From assembly GCA_038141865.1 (NCBI GenBank), contig JAYQIX010000006.1, positions 147,314-211,313 of the forward strand: a DNA stretch of 64,000 nucleotides. Direction: 5' to 3'. The position numbers were made by a program, and so were the translations under genes. This stretch comes from Gammaproteobacteria bacterium. Lineage in GTDB: Bacteria > Pseudomonadota > Gammaproteobacteria > Magnimaribacterales > D2472. This document shows, one piece after another, positions 43,631-54,491 of this stretch; the stretch's first letter is position 1; every line of letters starts with the position of its first letter. The notes beneath the pieces were generated by a model, which did not search any database, was not told the origin of the DNA, and saw nothing but the letters and a program-made list of their open reading frames with translations.

Positions 43631-46600
43631 GGATATCTCATCAATATTAATTATCGGTGCTGGACCAATAATTATTGGTCAAGCATGTGAGTTTGATTAT
43701 TCTGGTGCCCAGGCATGTAAAGCTCTAAAAGAAGAGGGCTTTAGGGTGATATTGGTTAATTCAAACCCAGCAACCATAATGACAGATCCTTTAATGGCTG
43801 ATGCAACTTATATTGAACCAATTCATTGGAAATCAGTAGAAAAAATAATCGAAAAAGAAAAACCGGATGCAATTCTTCCAACAATGGGAGGACAAACTGC
43901 TTTAAATACTGCTTTATCGCTTGCAAGAGAGGGTATTCTTGAGAAACATGGCGTGATTTTAATAGGGGCCAACAAAGAAGCTATAGATAAAGCTGAGGAC
44001 AGAGAGTTATTTGATAAAACCATGAAAGGTATTGGTATAGAAACTCCAAATTCTGGTATTGCTCATTCAATGGAAGATGCCTTAAATGTTCAGGCTAAAA
44101 TTGGATTTCCATGCATCATCAGGCCTTCTTTTACTATGGGGGGTACTGGTGGTGGAATTGCATACAATATTGAAGAGTTTGAAAAGATTTGTGAGAAAGG
44201 CCTTGAGCTCTCGCCAACTACTGAGCTTTTAATAGATGAATCTTTAATTGGTTGGAAAGAGTATGAAATGGAGGTTGTAAGAGATTGTAATGATAATTGT
44301 ATAATTATTTCTTCAATAGAAAATCTTGATCCCATGGGAGTTCATACCGGCGATTCAATAACTATTGCACCTGCTCAAACTCTTACTGACAAAGAATATC
44401 AAATCATGAGAAATGCCTCTTTTAAAATTTTGAGAGAAATTGGTGTTGAAACAGGTGGTTCTAATGTGCAGTTTGCTGTAAATCCAAAAAATGGAAAAAT
44501 GGTTGTGATTGAAATGAACCCTAGAGTTAGTAGATCCTCGGCATTAGCATCGAAGGCAACTGGGTTCCCGATTGCAAAAGTTGCTGCACTTTTATCTGTT
44601 GGATATACCTTAGATGAACTTAAAAATGATATTACTGGAGGCTTAACACCTGCATCATTTGAGCCAAGCATTGATTATATTGTTACAAAAATTCCTAAAT
44701 TTGCATTTGAAAAATTTCCTCAAGCTGATTCAAGGTTAACTACTCAAATGAAATCTGTTGGAGAAGTAATGGCAATGGGTGGTAACTTTCAAGAGTCTAT
44801 GCAAAAAGCTATTTGCAGCATGGAAGAAGATTTAGATGGATTTAATTCCATTATTGATATTGAGAGCCCAAATGCTGAAGACGAGTTAAAATATCAACTA
44901 TCATTTCCTGGGCCTGGAAGAATATTTTATGTTACCGATGCACTTAGAAAAGGTTGGAGCAAAGAAAAGATTTATGAGCTTACTAAAATTGATTACTGGT
45001 TTCTCGATCAGATCGATGAAATAGTAAAGATAGAAAAGTCTTTGATTGATAGTGATATTTCATCAATCTCAAAAGAAGAATTTTTAAAATTAAAGTCTAA
45101 AGGTTTTTCTGATTCAAGATTAGGTTATTTAACTAATAATACAGAAAATGAAGTAAGAGAAATAAGAAAATCTTTAAATATTCATCCTGTTTTTAAAAGG
45201 GTAGATACCTGCGCTGCTGAGTTCGCCACCTCAACATGTTATATGTATTCTTCATATGGAGAGGTGTGTGAAAGCAAGCCGACTAAAAAGAAAAAAATTA
45301 TGGTTCTAGGAAGCGGCCCAAATAGAATTGGACAAGGAATCGAATTTGATTATTGCTGTGTTCATGCTTCATTAGCAATGCAAGAAGAAGGCTATGAATC
45401 GATAATGGTTAATTGTAATCCTGAGACAGTTTCTACTGATTTTGATGTATCAAACAGGCTTTATTTTGAGCCTATAACGTCTGAAAAAATATTAGATATA
45501 ATCGATATAGAATCTCCGGATGGAGTCATAATTCAATTTGGAGGACAAACTCCTTTAAAACTTGCAGATACTCTTTCAGAGAGAGGCATTAAAATATTAG
45601 GAACTAATGTTGATGCAATTGACAGATCTGAAGATAGAGAAAGATTCCAAGCATTGATTGAGAAGCTAGAACTAACCCAACCAAAAAATGCTACTGTTAA
45701 AAATAAACAGGAAGCATTAGAGGCATCTGAGGCAATTGGTTTCCCGTTAGTTGTTAGACCCTCATATGTGCTTGGAGGAAGGGCAATGCAACTGGTTCAT
45801 AACGTCAAAGAATTAGATTCATATTTAAGTGATGCTGTTGAAGTCTCAAATAGTAAGCCAGTCCTATTAGACCGATATCTTACTGATGCAATAGAGGTTG
45901 ATGTTGATGTTGTATCTGATGGATCTTCAATAGAAGTTGGTGGAATTCTTCAACATATAGAACAAGCTGGAATTCATTCAGGCGACTCGGGTTGCTCCCT
46001 GCCACCTTATAGTCTTAGTAAAGAGATTCAAGATGGTATTAGCAATCAAGCGAAAAACATAGCAAAAGAGCTAAATATTGTAGGACTAATGAATATTCAA
46101 TTTGCTATTAAAGATAATGAGATATTTATAATTGAAGTAAATCCTAGAGCATCTAGAACGGTTCCCTTTATTTCAAAAGCAATTGGCCATTCACTTGTAA
46201 AGGCTGCATCAAAAGCAATGATTGGAAAATCTTTAAAAGAGCAAAAATTCTCTGCTGACCTTCCGGAAGGCTTATTTTTTGTAAAGGAAGCAGTCTTGCC
46301 TTTTGATAAATTTCCATTAGTTGATCCTATACTTGGTCCTGAAATGAAATCAACTGGAGAAGTCATGGGAATAGGCAGAAATTTTGGTGAAGCCTATGCA
46401 AAAGCTCAAAAGGGAGCTAACAAGACCATTCCAATTGGGGGTCAGGTTTTTATTAGTGTTAAAGACTCAGATAAAAAATATCTCAATGATCTAGTCCCGC
46501 TTGTTATTGATAATAATTTTAAAATAGTGGCTACCGGAGGGACAGCTGACTATATTAAAAAATTAGGCCATGAAGTTAAGAGGATTAATAAAGTTAATGA

Positions 46601-46826
46601 GGGAAGGCCTCATACCGTTGACTATCTTTTAAATAATGAAATTGATTTAGTCATCAATACTACAGAGGGCAAACAGTCAATAGAAGACTCATCATCAATA
46701 AGACAATCTGCTCTTCGAAGTAAAACCTTTTGTACCACAACTATGTTTGGAGCTTTTGCTGTAATGGAAGCTTTAAAAACTAATCAAGAGGACTGGATGT
46801 ATAGGCCTCTCCAAGAAATTAATTAG
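43617..46826 (+). CDS. carB: Carbamoyl-phosphate synthase large subunit
   Basis: 1069 aa with duplicated ATP-grasp halves and a C-terminal MGS-like domain. Overlaps carA by 14 nt. Confidence 0.97.
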   Translation: MPRRKDISSILIIGAGPIIIGQACEFDYSGAQACKALKEEGFRVILVNSNPATIMTDPLMADATYIEPIHWKSVEKIIEKEKPDAILPTMGGQTALNTALSLAREGILEKHGVILIGANKEAIDKAEDRELFDKTMKGIGIETPNSGIAHSMEDALNVQAKIGFPCIIRPSFTMGGTGGGIAYNIEEFEKICEKGLELSPTTELLIDESLIGWKEYEMEVVRDCNDNCIIISSIENLDPMGVHTGDSITIAPAQTLTDKEYQIMRNASFKILREIGVETGGSNVQFAVNPKNGKMVVIEMNPRVSRSSALASKATGFPIAKVAALLSVGYTLDELKNDITGGLTPASFEPSIDYIVTKIPKFAFEKFPQADSRLTTQMKSVGEVMAMGGNFQESMQKAICSMEEDLDGFNSIIDIESPNAEDELKYQLSFPGPGRIFYVTDALRKGWSKEKIYELTKIDYWFLDQIDEIVKIEKSLIDSDISSISKEEFLKLKSKGFSDSRLGYLTNNTENEVREIRKSLNIHPVFKRVDTCAAEFATSTCYMYSSYGEVCESKPTKKKKIMVLGSGPNRIGQGIEFDYCCVHASLAMQEEGYESIMVNCNPETVSTDFDVSNRLYFEPITSEKILDIIDIESPDGVIIQFGGQTPLKLADTLSERGIKILGTNVDAIDRSEDRERFQALIEKLELTQPKNATVKNKQEALEASEAIGFPLVVRPSYVLGGRAMQLVHNVKELDSYLSDAVEVSNSKPVLLDRYLTDAIEVDVDVVSDGSSIEVGGILQHIEQAGIHSGDSGCSLPPYSLSKEIQDGISNQAKNIAKELNIVGLMNIQFAIKDNEIFIIEVNPRASRTVPFISKAIGHSLVKAASKAMIGKSLKEQKFSADLPEGLFFVKEAVLPFDKFPLVDPILGPEMKSTGEVMGIGRNFGEAYAKAQKGANKTIPIGGQVFISVKDSDKKYLNDLVPLVIDNNFKIVATGGTADYIKKLGHEVKRINKVNEGRPHTVDYLLNNEIDLVINTTEGKQSIEDSSSIRQSALRSKTFCTTTMFGAFAVMEALKTNQEDWMYRPLQEIN

Positions 46827-46854
46827 TTTTTAATTATCTTGCTATAATATTTAT

Positions 46855-47331
46855 ATGAGTACTACTCCTATTACAAAAGAAGGCGAGATAGCTATTAAAG
46901 AAAGACTTGCTGACTTGAAGTTTGTTCAAAGACCAAAGATTTCAGAAGCTATTGCTGAGGCAAGGGCTCATGGAGATCTAAAAGAAAATGCTGAATATCA
47001 TGCTGCAAAAGAACTTCAAGGGCTTATTGAATCAAAAATTAATGAGATTGAAAGCGCACTAGCCAGTGCTCAGGTAATTGATGTCTTAAGCATTCCTGAA
47101 ACAGGAAGGGTTGTTTTTGGTTCAACAGTAACACTTTATGATTTAGACAAGGATGAGGAGATAATATATAAAATTGTTGGTAATCTTGAATCTGATCCAG
47201 GCGAAGGAAAAATTTCTATCGATACTCCAATAGCCAAAGGCTTAATAGGTAAAAATATAGATGATGAGGTCACAATTACTACGCCATCTAAGACTTTAAA
47301 TTATGAAGTCATATCTGTTCAGCATTTGTAA
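46855..47331 (+). CDS. greA: Transcription elongation factor GreA
   Basis: 158 aa with the conserved [18 protein letters not shown] motif. Confidence 0.95.
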   Translation: MSTTPITKEGEIAIKERLADLKFVQRPKISEAIAEARAHGDLKENAEYHAAKELQGLIESKINEIESALASAQVIDVLSIPETGRVVFGSTVTLYDLDKDEEIIYKIVGNLESDPGEGKISIDTPIAKGLIGKNIDDEVTITTPSKTLNYEVISVQHL

Positions 47332-47903
47332 TGCATGCTGACAAATGGGCTTTAAAAGCTAAACAGGAAGGGTACAAAACAAGAGCAGTTTATAAATTAG
47401 AAGAGATCCTCTTAAAAACAAATTCTTTTAATTCAGCTCATAAAATACTTGATATTGGTTCTGCTCCAGGTGGCTGGTCTCACTATTTAAAATCTAAACT
47501 TCCAAATTCTAAAATTTTTGCTATAGATATATTGCAGATGGATGATATAGACGGAGTTTCATTCTTCCAAAATAGCATTGAATCAATTGATGACATTCCT
47601 GAAATAAATTCATTAAAAGAAAAATTTAATCTTGTAATTTCAGATATAGCCCCAAACATTACAGGTATAAACGCAGTTGATATTGAAAATATCTATGAGT
47701 TAAATCTTCTTACTCTTAAAGCAGCTCATAAATACACAGATAATAACAATGGTAAATTTATTATAAAAACCTTTCAAAACAATAATTTAAAAGGTTTGAG
47801 GAAGGAAATGGAAAAGCTATTTAGCATTGTCCAAACCTTCAAACCTGCCGCATCTAAGAAACAATCGGCAGAAATTTATTTGTATGGAGCAAAGAAAAAA
47901 TGA
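47331..47903 (+). CDS. rlmE: 23S rRNA (U2552-2'-O)-methyltransferase RlmE/FtsJ
   Basis: [12 protein letters not shown] and [13 protein letters not shown] motif. The ATG overlaps the greA stop by 1 nt. Confidence 0.92.
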   Translation: MHADKWALKAKQEGYKTRAVYKLEEILLKTNSFNSAHKILDIGSAPGGWSHYLKSKLPNSKIFAIDILQMDDIDGVSFFQNSIESIDDIPEINSLKEKFNLVISDIAPNITGINAVDIENIYELNLLTLKAAHKYTDNNNGKFIIKTFQNNNLKGLRKEMEKLFSIVQTFKPAASKKQSAEIYLYGAKKK

Positions 47904-49810
47904 TGAATAGCGTATTTAGAAATTTATTTGTTTGGGTGATATTAGGATCTTTTTTAATATTTGTTTTCAATAATATTGAAAATTCTAATGTAAGAGAGCA
48001 AATCAGCTATAGTCAATTTAAAGAAGAAATTCTTTCAGATAGAATTGCTAAAGTTGTTTATAAAGGTGATCAAATGACCATTATCGGTGATAGGTTAGAT
48101 GGATCAAAATTTGAAACAACTCACCCTATATTCAAGAAAGACGAGGCAGTTGATAGAGCTATTGAAGATAATGGAGTAATTGCTGTATATGAAAAAATAG
48201 AGCAACCATCTATATGGTCTCAGCTTCTTGTAGGAGCTTTTCCAATAATATTGTTGTTAGCTATATTTTTCTTTTTTATGAGACAAATGCAAGGTGGTAT
48301 GTCTGGTAAAGGCGGCCCAATGTCATTTGGAAAAAGTAAAGCTAAGCTCATGGAAGGCGGTAAAGTAAAAACTAATTTTAAGGATGTTGCTGGATGCGAA
48401 GAGGCAAAACAAGATGTCCAAGAGCTTGTAGATTTTTTAAGAGACCCAACTAAATTTCAAAAACTAGGTGGAAAAATACCAAGAGGTGTTCTAATGGTAG
48501 GGCCTCCAGGAACTGGTAAGACTCTACTAGCTAGAGCTGTAGCAGGAGAAGCTAAAGTTCCTTTCTTTACTATCTCAGGATCTGATTTTGTTGAGATGTT
48601 TGTTGGTGTTGGTGCTTCAAGAGTAAGAGATATGTTTGATCAAGCAAAAAAACAATCTCCATGCATAGTTTTTATTGATGAAATTGACGCAGTTGGAAGA
48701 CATCGTGGAGCAGGTTTAGGTGGTGGACATGATGAAAGAGAGCAAACTCTTAATCAGTTGTTAGTTGAGATGGACGGGTTTGAAGGTAATGATGGCGTAA
48801 TTGTTATAGCTGCCACTAATAGACCAGACGTTCTCGACCCAGCGCTATTGAGGCCTGGAAGATTTGATAGACAAGTTGTAGTTGATCTCCCTGACATTAG
48901 AGGAAGAGAAGCAATCTTAAAAGTTCATATGCGCAAGGTTCCAATTAGTGGTGATGTTGATCCATTGGTAATTGCTAGGGGAACTCCAGGTTTTTCTGGT
49001 GCTGATTTAGCAAATTTGATTAATGAAGCTGCGCTCTTTGCTGCTAGATACTCAGATAAAAAGATTGATCAAAGTCATCTAGATCTTGCAAAAGACAAAA
49101 TTATGATGGGTGCTGAAAGAAAGTCTATGATATTGAGTGAAGAGCAGAAAAGAATTACTGCATATCATGAAGCAGGTCACGCAATTGTTGGCAGACTTTC
49201 TCCTAAGCATGATCCAGTATATAAAGTGACAATTATCCCAAGAGGAAGAGCTTTAGGGGTAACTATGTTCCTCCCTGAAGAAGATACATATATGCAAAGT
49301 AAAGAATATTTATTAAGTAGGATTTCTGCACTATTTGGTGGAAGAATTGCTGAAAATATTATCAATGGAGATAAAGGTATAACAACTGGAGCTTCAAATG
49401 ATATTGAAGTTGCTACTAATATAGCTACCAATATGGTTACAAAATGGGGCTTATCTGAAAAGCTTGGTCCTTTAAAGTATGGTGAGGATGAAGGAAGTCC
49501 ATTTCTAGGTAGATCTGCTTCTTCACCGTCTCAGGTTATTAGTGACGATACATCTAAACTTATAGATATGGAGATTAAATCTATAATTGATTCATGTTAT
49601 GAAAAAGCCGATGAAATATTAAAAAGTAATTTAGATAAACTTAATACGATGGCAGACGCTCTTTTAAAATATGAAACCATAGATGCCGATCAAATTGATG
49701 ATATTATGGCTGGAGCTGAACCAAGGGAACCAAAGGGCTGGTCAGATGATGAGCCTAAAAATAAAGAAAAAAAAGAATCCACAATAAAAGGTCCAGCTAA
49801 AGAGTTATAA
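47900..49810 (+). CDS. ftsH: ATP-dependent zinc metalloprotease FtsH
   Basis: Walker A GPPGTGKT, second region of homology, and HEAGH zinc site. Overlaps the rlmE stop (ATGATGA). Confidence 0.97.
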   Translation: MMNSVFRNLFVWVILGSFLIFVFNNIENSNVREQISYSQFKEEILSDRIAKVVYKGDQMTIIGDRLDGSKFETTHPIFKKDEAVDRAIEDNGVIAVYEKIEQPSIWSQLLVGAFPIILLLAIFFFFMRQMQGGMSGKGGPMSFGKSKAKLMEGGKVKTNFKDVAGCEEAKQDVQELVDFLRDPTKFQKLGGKIPRGVLMVGPPGTGKTLLARAVAGEAKVPFFTISGSDFVEMFVGVGASRVRDMFDQAKKQSPCIVFIDEIDAVGRHRGAGLGGGHDEREQTLNQLLVEMDGFEGNDGVIVIAATNRPDVLDPALLRPGRFDRQVVVDLPDIRGREAILKVHMRKVPISGDVDPLVIARGTPGFSGADLANLINEAALFAARYSDKKIDQSHLDLAKDKIMMGAERKSMILSEEQKRITAYHEAGHAIVGRLSPKHDPVYKVTIIPRGRALGVTMFLPEEDTYMQSKEYLLSRISALFGGRIAENIINGDKGITTGASNDIEVATNIATNMVTKWGLSEKLGPLKYGEDEGSPFLGRSASSPSQVISDDTSKLIDMEIKSIIDSCYEKADEILKSNLDKLNTMADALLKYETIDADQIDDIMAGAEPREPKGWSDDEPKNKEKKESTIKGPAKEL

Positions 49811-49817
49811 TCAAGCT

Positions 49818-51140
49818 ATGAACCTAAAATTTGGTACGGATGGCATCAGAGGGCCAGTCGAAACCCTTATAACCCCAGAAGCATGCCTTAAAATAGGCTA
49901 TGCCACTGGTACGGTTGCAAGAGAACTGGGGTGGAAGACTGTAATGATTGGAAAAGACACAAGAGTGTCTGGGTATATGCTTGAATCTGCACTTCAAGCT
50001 GGCTTCATTTCAGCTGGTATTGATGTAAAACTTTTAGGCCCAATTCCTACTCCAGGGGTTGCATATCTTACTAGGTCACTTAGAGATGCATTCGGTTTGG
50101 TTATCAGCGCCTCACATAATGACTTTCTTGACAATGGTATAAAGATTTTCATGCCAAACGGTGAAAAGCTTACTAAAGATATTGAAAAGAAGATTGAGAA
50201 AATTCTATCTAGTGACATGCAATTGATAGAAACCTCCTCTATCGGTAAAGCAGCAAGATTTGACGAATCTGGAGCTAGATATATTGAATTTTGTAAATCA
50301 ACTGTCCCAACAAATATAAACTTTTCAAAATTACGGATTGTATTAGATTGTGCTCATGGTGCCTGTTATAAAGTAAGCCCCTCTATCTTTAGAGAACTAG
50401 GAGCTGAAGTTATAACTATTGGTGTACAACCAAATGGATTTAATATCAATGAAGGCTGTGGTTCAACACATCCAGAACTACTTCAAAATGAAGTTATAAA
50501 ACATAGAGCAGATTTCGGAGTTGCATTAGATGGAGATGGAGATAGGGTCATCCTTGTTGACAGCGACGGAGATTTGCTCGATGGCGATGATCTTCTATAC
50601 ATAATGGCTTTTGCAAATCCTAATAGAACTGGACCATGGGCGGGGGTAGTAGGGACAAAAATGAGTAATTTTGGTTTGGAAGATGGGCTTAAAAAGCTTG
50701 GATATAAATTCTTAAGAGCTGATGTTGGTGATAAATATGTTAGTCAAAAATTAAGTGAAAAAGGCTGGTTACTTGGTGGTGAAACTTCTGGGCATATTAT
50801 CAGCAAAGATTTAGTTAGCACCGGTGATGGAACTGTTGCAGCACTTAAGGTTATATCTTCATTATTAATATTAGAAAAATCTCCAAAAGAAGTATTATTA
50901 AATTACAGCAAAAGACCTCAAGTAAACATTGCAGTGCCTGTTAATAACAAAGACATTATAAATGATGCTACTAACCAATCAGCAATAAACGATGCTCAAT
51001 CGGATATTACTGTAGATAGAGTCCTTGTTAGACCTTCTGGAACTGAGAATAAAATAAGAGTTATGGTTGAGGCTCCTGATGAAAAAACAGCAACAAAATA
51101 CGCCAAAGATATCTCAAAATTGATTAAATCAAAAACATAA
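49818..51140 (+). CDS. glmM: Phosphoglucosamine mutase GlmM
   Basis: FGTDGIRG, phosphoserine loop SASHN and GDGDR motifs. Confidence 0.95.
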   Translation: MNLKFGTDGIRGPVETLITPEACLKIGYATGTVARELGWKTVMIGKDTRVSGYMLESALQAGFISAGIDVKLLGPIPTPGVAYLTRSLRDAFGLVISASHNDFLDNGIKIFMPNGEKLTKDIEKKIEKILSSDMQLIETSSIGKAARFDESGARYIEFCKSTVPTNINFSKLRIVLDCAHGACYKVSPSIFRELGAEVITIGVQPNGFNINEGCGSTHPELLQNEVIKHRADFGVALDGDGDRVILVDSDGDLLDGDDLLYIMAFANPNRTGPWAGVVGTKMSNFGLEDGLKKLGYKFLRADVGDKYVSQKLSEKGWLLGGETSGHIISKDLVSTGDGTVAALKVISSLLILEKSPKEVLLNYSKRPQVNIAVPVNNKDIINDATNQSAINDAQSDITVDRVLVRPSGTENKIRVMVEAPDEKTATKYAKDISKLIKSKT

Positions 51141-51147
51141 TTTTAAA

Positions 51148-51889
51148 GTGATAATTGCAAATTTTAAATCCAATGGGTCTAGCAAAATGCTCAAAACCTG
51201 GATTGAAGATTTTAAAAAAACTGTCCATTACTATAGATTCAAATATTGGCATATCTCCTCCATATGTATATTTAGATCAGCTCAAAAATATCTTATTTTC
51301 AAGTGATATAGATTCTATTCAAATAGGGTCACAAGATGTTGATCTTAGCGATGGAGCTAGGACTGGTGCAATATCTGCTTCTATGCTTTTAGATCTTAAG
51401 TGTAAATTTGCAATTATTGGCCATTCTGAAAGACGATCTTTATTTAATGAGGATAATAAGATAGTAGAAGAAAAATTTAGATGTCTAGAGTCCAATAATA
51501 TTATGCAAGTGCTATGTATTGGTGAGTCACTTGAAGAAATGGAATCTGGAAAAACATTAGATGTTCTGAATGAACAGATTACAAGTGTTTTAAAAAATAA
51601 GAAATTAAATAATGCTCTAATTGCATACGAACCAATTTGGGCGATTGGTACTGGAAAAACTCCAACCCCAATTCAAGTCAATCAAATTAACCAATATATA
51701 AAAGATGTTGTACAATCCACAACTGAAAATAATTACCTTCCTAAAGTTTTATATGGAGGGAGTGTTAATTCTGAAAATGCAGCAGCCTTTTTTGGTTGTG
51801 AAAATATTGATGGGGCACTTGTTGGTGGAGCGTCTTTGGATGGAAAGCACTTTGCAGAAATTGTAAATGAATTTAACAGGATAAAATAA
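51148..51889 (+). CDS. tpiA: Triose-phosphate isomerase, interrupted as assembled by a 1-nt frameshift in an A7 run (51214-51220)
   Basis: From the GTG at 51148 the frame reads (M)IIANFKSNGSSKMLKTWIEDFKK, a TIM N-terminus of the ANWK.NG type. It must then shift into the ORF-track frame (LSITIDSNIGISPPYVYL...GHSERR...EPIWAIGTG). Confidence 0.92.
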
Positions 51890-51892
51890 AAA

Positions 51893-52204
51893 ATGATAAC
51901 CGTTATACAAATTTTATGTGTGGTATTGGCTATAGCTATAGTTGCACTAGTTCTACTTCAACAGGGCAAGGGCTCTGATTTGGGTTCAGCTTTTGGTGGA
52001 GGTTCTTCTAATTCAATGTTTGGTGCTTTAGGCCCATCAAATTTTCTTGGAAAACTTACATCTGTTTTGGCTGCCATATGGTTAATTTTGACTTTATTTT
52101 TAGCTTACTTATATAAAACTGACAACATCTCAGAAGTTTTTGATTCAACATTAATTGAAGAAGCTATAGAAGAGGGAATCCCTGAATCTATTCCTGAAGA
52201 GTAA
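51893..52204 (+). CDS. secG: Preprotein translocase subunit SecG
   Basis: 103 aa with two TM segments flanking a Gly-rich loop (GKGSDLGSAFGGGSSNSMFG). Confidence 0.92.
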   Translation: MITVIQILCVVLAIAIVALVLLQQGKGSDLGSAFGGGSSNSMFGALGPSNFLGKLTSVLAAIWLILTLFLAYLYKTDNISEVFDSTLIEEAIEEGIPESIPEE

Positions 52205-52237
52205 AAAAGTATTTCAACTGTTTAATTTAAAGAAAAT

Positions 52238-52324
52238 TGGTGCCGAAAGCGGGACTTGAACCCGCACGAGTTTTCACTCACTAACCCCTCAAGCTAGCGT
52301 GTCTACCAATTCCACCACTTCGGC
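52238..52324 (-). tRNA. leuU: tRNA-Leu (anticodon GAG), type II with long variable arm
   Basis: The reverse complement reads GCCGAAGTGGTGGAATTGGTAGACACGCTAGCTTGAGGGGTTAGTGAGTGAAAACTCGTGCGGGTTCAAGTCCCGCTTTCGGCACCA. This is nearly collinear with E. coli leuU as I recall it. The anticodon loop is TTGAGGG. Confidence 0.93.
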
Positions 52325-52333
52325 TGAGTGCGA

Positions 52334-52342
52334 ATTATAACA
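52334..52342 (-). promoter_or_regulatory. Extended -10 element TGTTATAAT for the minus-strand tRNA-Leu
   Basis: The reverse complement of 52334-52342 is TGTTATAAT. Its 3' end lies 9 nt upstream of the tRNA 5' end, which implies a very short leader. No good -35 is present. Confidence 0.4.
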
Positions 52343-52418
52343 ATATATCTTTTAATATTAATAGATATATAACTTGACCAATGGTGGTACCTTTATTTAA
52401 ACTTCACCTTCGGTGCGA

Positions 52419-52495
<77 letters not shown>

Positions 52496-52516
52496 CATAT
52501 ATATTATTTTTTTTGT

Positions 52517-52536
52517 GGGGCATATGCCCTTTTTTT
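52517..52536 (+). terminator. Small GC hairpin plus T7 tract between the initiator tRNA and rimP (possible partial terminator or processing site)
   Basis: GGGGCATATGCCC contains the palindrome GGGCATATGCCC and is followed by TTTTTTT. The stem is only 4-5 bp. Confidence 0.4.
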
Positions 52537-52545
52537 ATTTATAAG

Positions 52546-53028
52546 ATGAATAAAGACGACATAGAAAACATTGTTAAGCCTGTAATTAATAGACATGAAT
52601 GCTATCTATGGGGTATTGAAATTTTAAGAGGTAGAAAAAGACCAACTTTGAGAGTTTATATTGAATCAGATGCTGGTGCCGGAATTGATGATTGTGAGTT
52701 AGTTGCAAAAGATTTAAATTATGAGGCTGAGCTTGAATCAATATTAGGAGATGATTTTATTTTAGAAGTTTCAACTCCAGGAATTGATAGAAGATTTTTC
52801 TATTATGAGCAACTCAAAGAATATGTTGGTGAAGAATTTAAAATAAAGTTAAGAGAACCACTCGATGGTGTTAAAAATATAAATGGACATCTTGCGGAGT
52901 GTAAAGATGACTTTTTAAGAATTGAAACCTCTAATCTTGAGTACAAATTAGAGTTTAATGAAATAGAGTTTTGTAAATTAGAACCAAATTTTGAAAAAAT
53001 TATGAAGGAAAGTGAACATGCAAAGTAA
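52546..53028 (+). CDS. rimP: Ribosome maturation factor RimP
   Basis: Start chosen at the ATG at 52546 (MNKDDIENIV...), because the longer ORF-track start runs through the tRNA-fMet gene. Sits upstream of nusA. Confidence 0.9.
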   Translation: MNKDDIENIVKPVINRHECYLWGIEILRGRKRPTLRVYIESDAGAGIDDCELVAKDLNYEAELESILGDDFILEVSTPGIDRRFFYYEQLKEYVGEEFKIKLREPLDGVKNINGHLAECKDDFLRIETSNLEYKLEFNEIEFCKLEPNFEKIMKESEHAK

Positions 53029-54478
53029 TGAAATTTTAATGGTAGTTGACTCAGTTTCTAATGAGAAGGGCCTAACCAAAGAGGTTATTTTTAATGCAGT
53101 TGAGATTGCATTAGCATCAGCTTCTCAGAGGCATTTTCATGAAGATGCTGAGCTAAGTGTGAATATTGATAGAGATACTGGTGAATATACAACTCACAGA
53201 AGCTGGATTGTTGCTGATCCAGAGGACATTTATTTTCATAAAGAGACCCATGTGACTTCAGAAGAGGCAGATTTAGAAATTGGAGAAATATTTTCTAAAT
53301 CTGTTGAAAATATAAAATTTGGAAGAATAGAAACACAAGCTGCACGTCAAGTAATGCTTCAGAAAGTTAGAGAGGCTGAAAGAGAGAAGGTAGTTGCTCA
53401 GTTTAAATCAAAGGATAATACTCTAGTAAGTGGTTCTGTAAAAAGAGTAACAAGAGATAATATCATTGTAGATATATCCAATGAAGCTGAAGCTATTCTG
53501 CCTAGAGATAGGTTGATGCCTGGTGAAATTTATAAAATTAATGATCGCATTAGAGCAATTCTAAAAATTCAAGAAGTTGAAGGTAGGGGACCTCAGCTTA
53601 TGCTTGATAGAGTTTGCCCCGAGATGGTTACTGAGCTTTTTAGTATTGAAGTTCCTGAAATTAATGAAGATATTATAGAGATAAGAGGTGTATCAAGAGA
53701 GCCTGGATCAAGATCAAAAATAGCTGTTAAAACAAATGATGGAAGGATTGATCCTGTTGGGGCCTGCGTTGGAATGAGGGGCTCTAGAGTTCAAGCTGTA
53801 TCATCAGAGTTAGGAAATGAGAGAATAGATATTGTCATTTATGATGATAATCCTGCTCAACTTGTTATAAATGCATTAGTTCCTGCAAAAGTTGATTCGA
53901 TTGTTGTTGATGAAGATTCAAGGTCAATGGAGATAGCTGTAAATCAAGATAATCTTGCATTAGCTATTGGTTCTAGAGGACAAAATATTCGTTTAGCATC
54001 ACAGCTGGTGGGTTGGGAGCTAAATATTATTAGCAGCGAAGAAGCAGAAGCTAAAGTTAAAGTTGATGAAACTGAATTTATGGTTAAATTGATCGATAGC
54101 CTCGCAATTGACGAAAGTATTGCTGAAAAAATTATATCAGTTGGCTTGACCTCATTTGATGATATTGCTTACGTTGATAATAGTGTTTTAGAAGCTTTTG
54201 TTGATAATGCTGATGAAATTGAAAGAATTAAAAGCTCTGCTGAGGACGCTGCGCTTATGGAAGCAATGGGAGCTATAACAGAAGAAGAAGAAAATTTGGA
54301 TTCATTTGGCGGTCTTGGCCTTAGCGAAGAGGATATACAGATGCTTACAAACAAAGGAATTAAAAATAAAGATGATTTTGCTGAATTATCAGTTGATGAA
54401 CTTCAAGATATCATTGAAATTAGTGATGATCTAGGTTCAGCAGCTATTATGAAAGCAAGAGAAGATTGGTTTAAATAA
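53018..54478 (+). CDS. nusA: Transcription termination/antitermination factor NusA
   Basis: N-terminal (M)QSNEILMVVDSVSNEKGL, S1 and KH domains, and a C-terminal acidic repeat region. AAGGA lies 8 nt upstream of the ATG at 53018. Confidence 0.95.
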   Translation: MQSNEILMVVDSVSNEKGLTKEVIFNAVEIALASASQRHFHEDAELSVNIDRDTGEYTTHRSWIVADPEDIYFHKETHVTSEEADLEIGEIFSKSVENIKFGRIETQAARQVMLQKVREAEREKVVAQFKSKDNTLVSGSVKRVTRDNIIVDISNEAEAILPRDRLMPGEIYKINDRIRAILKIQEVEGRGPQLMLDRVCPEMVTELFSIEVPEINEDIIEIRGVSREPGSRSKIAVKTNDGRIDPVGACVGMRGSRVQAVSSELGNERIDIVIYDDNPAQLVINALVPAKVDSIVVDEDSRSMEIAVNQDNLALAIGSRGQNIRLASQLVGWELNIISSEEAEAKVKVDETEFMVKLIDSLAIDESIAEKIISVGLTSFDDIAYVDNSVLEAFVDNADEIERIKSSAEDAALMEAMGAITEEEENLDSFGGLGLSEEDIQMLTNKGIKNKDDFAELSVDELQDIIEISDDLGSAAIMKAREDWFK

Positions 54479-54491
54479 AAAAGGATTTATT

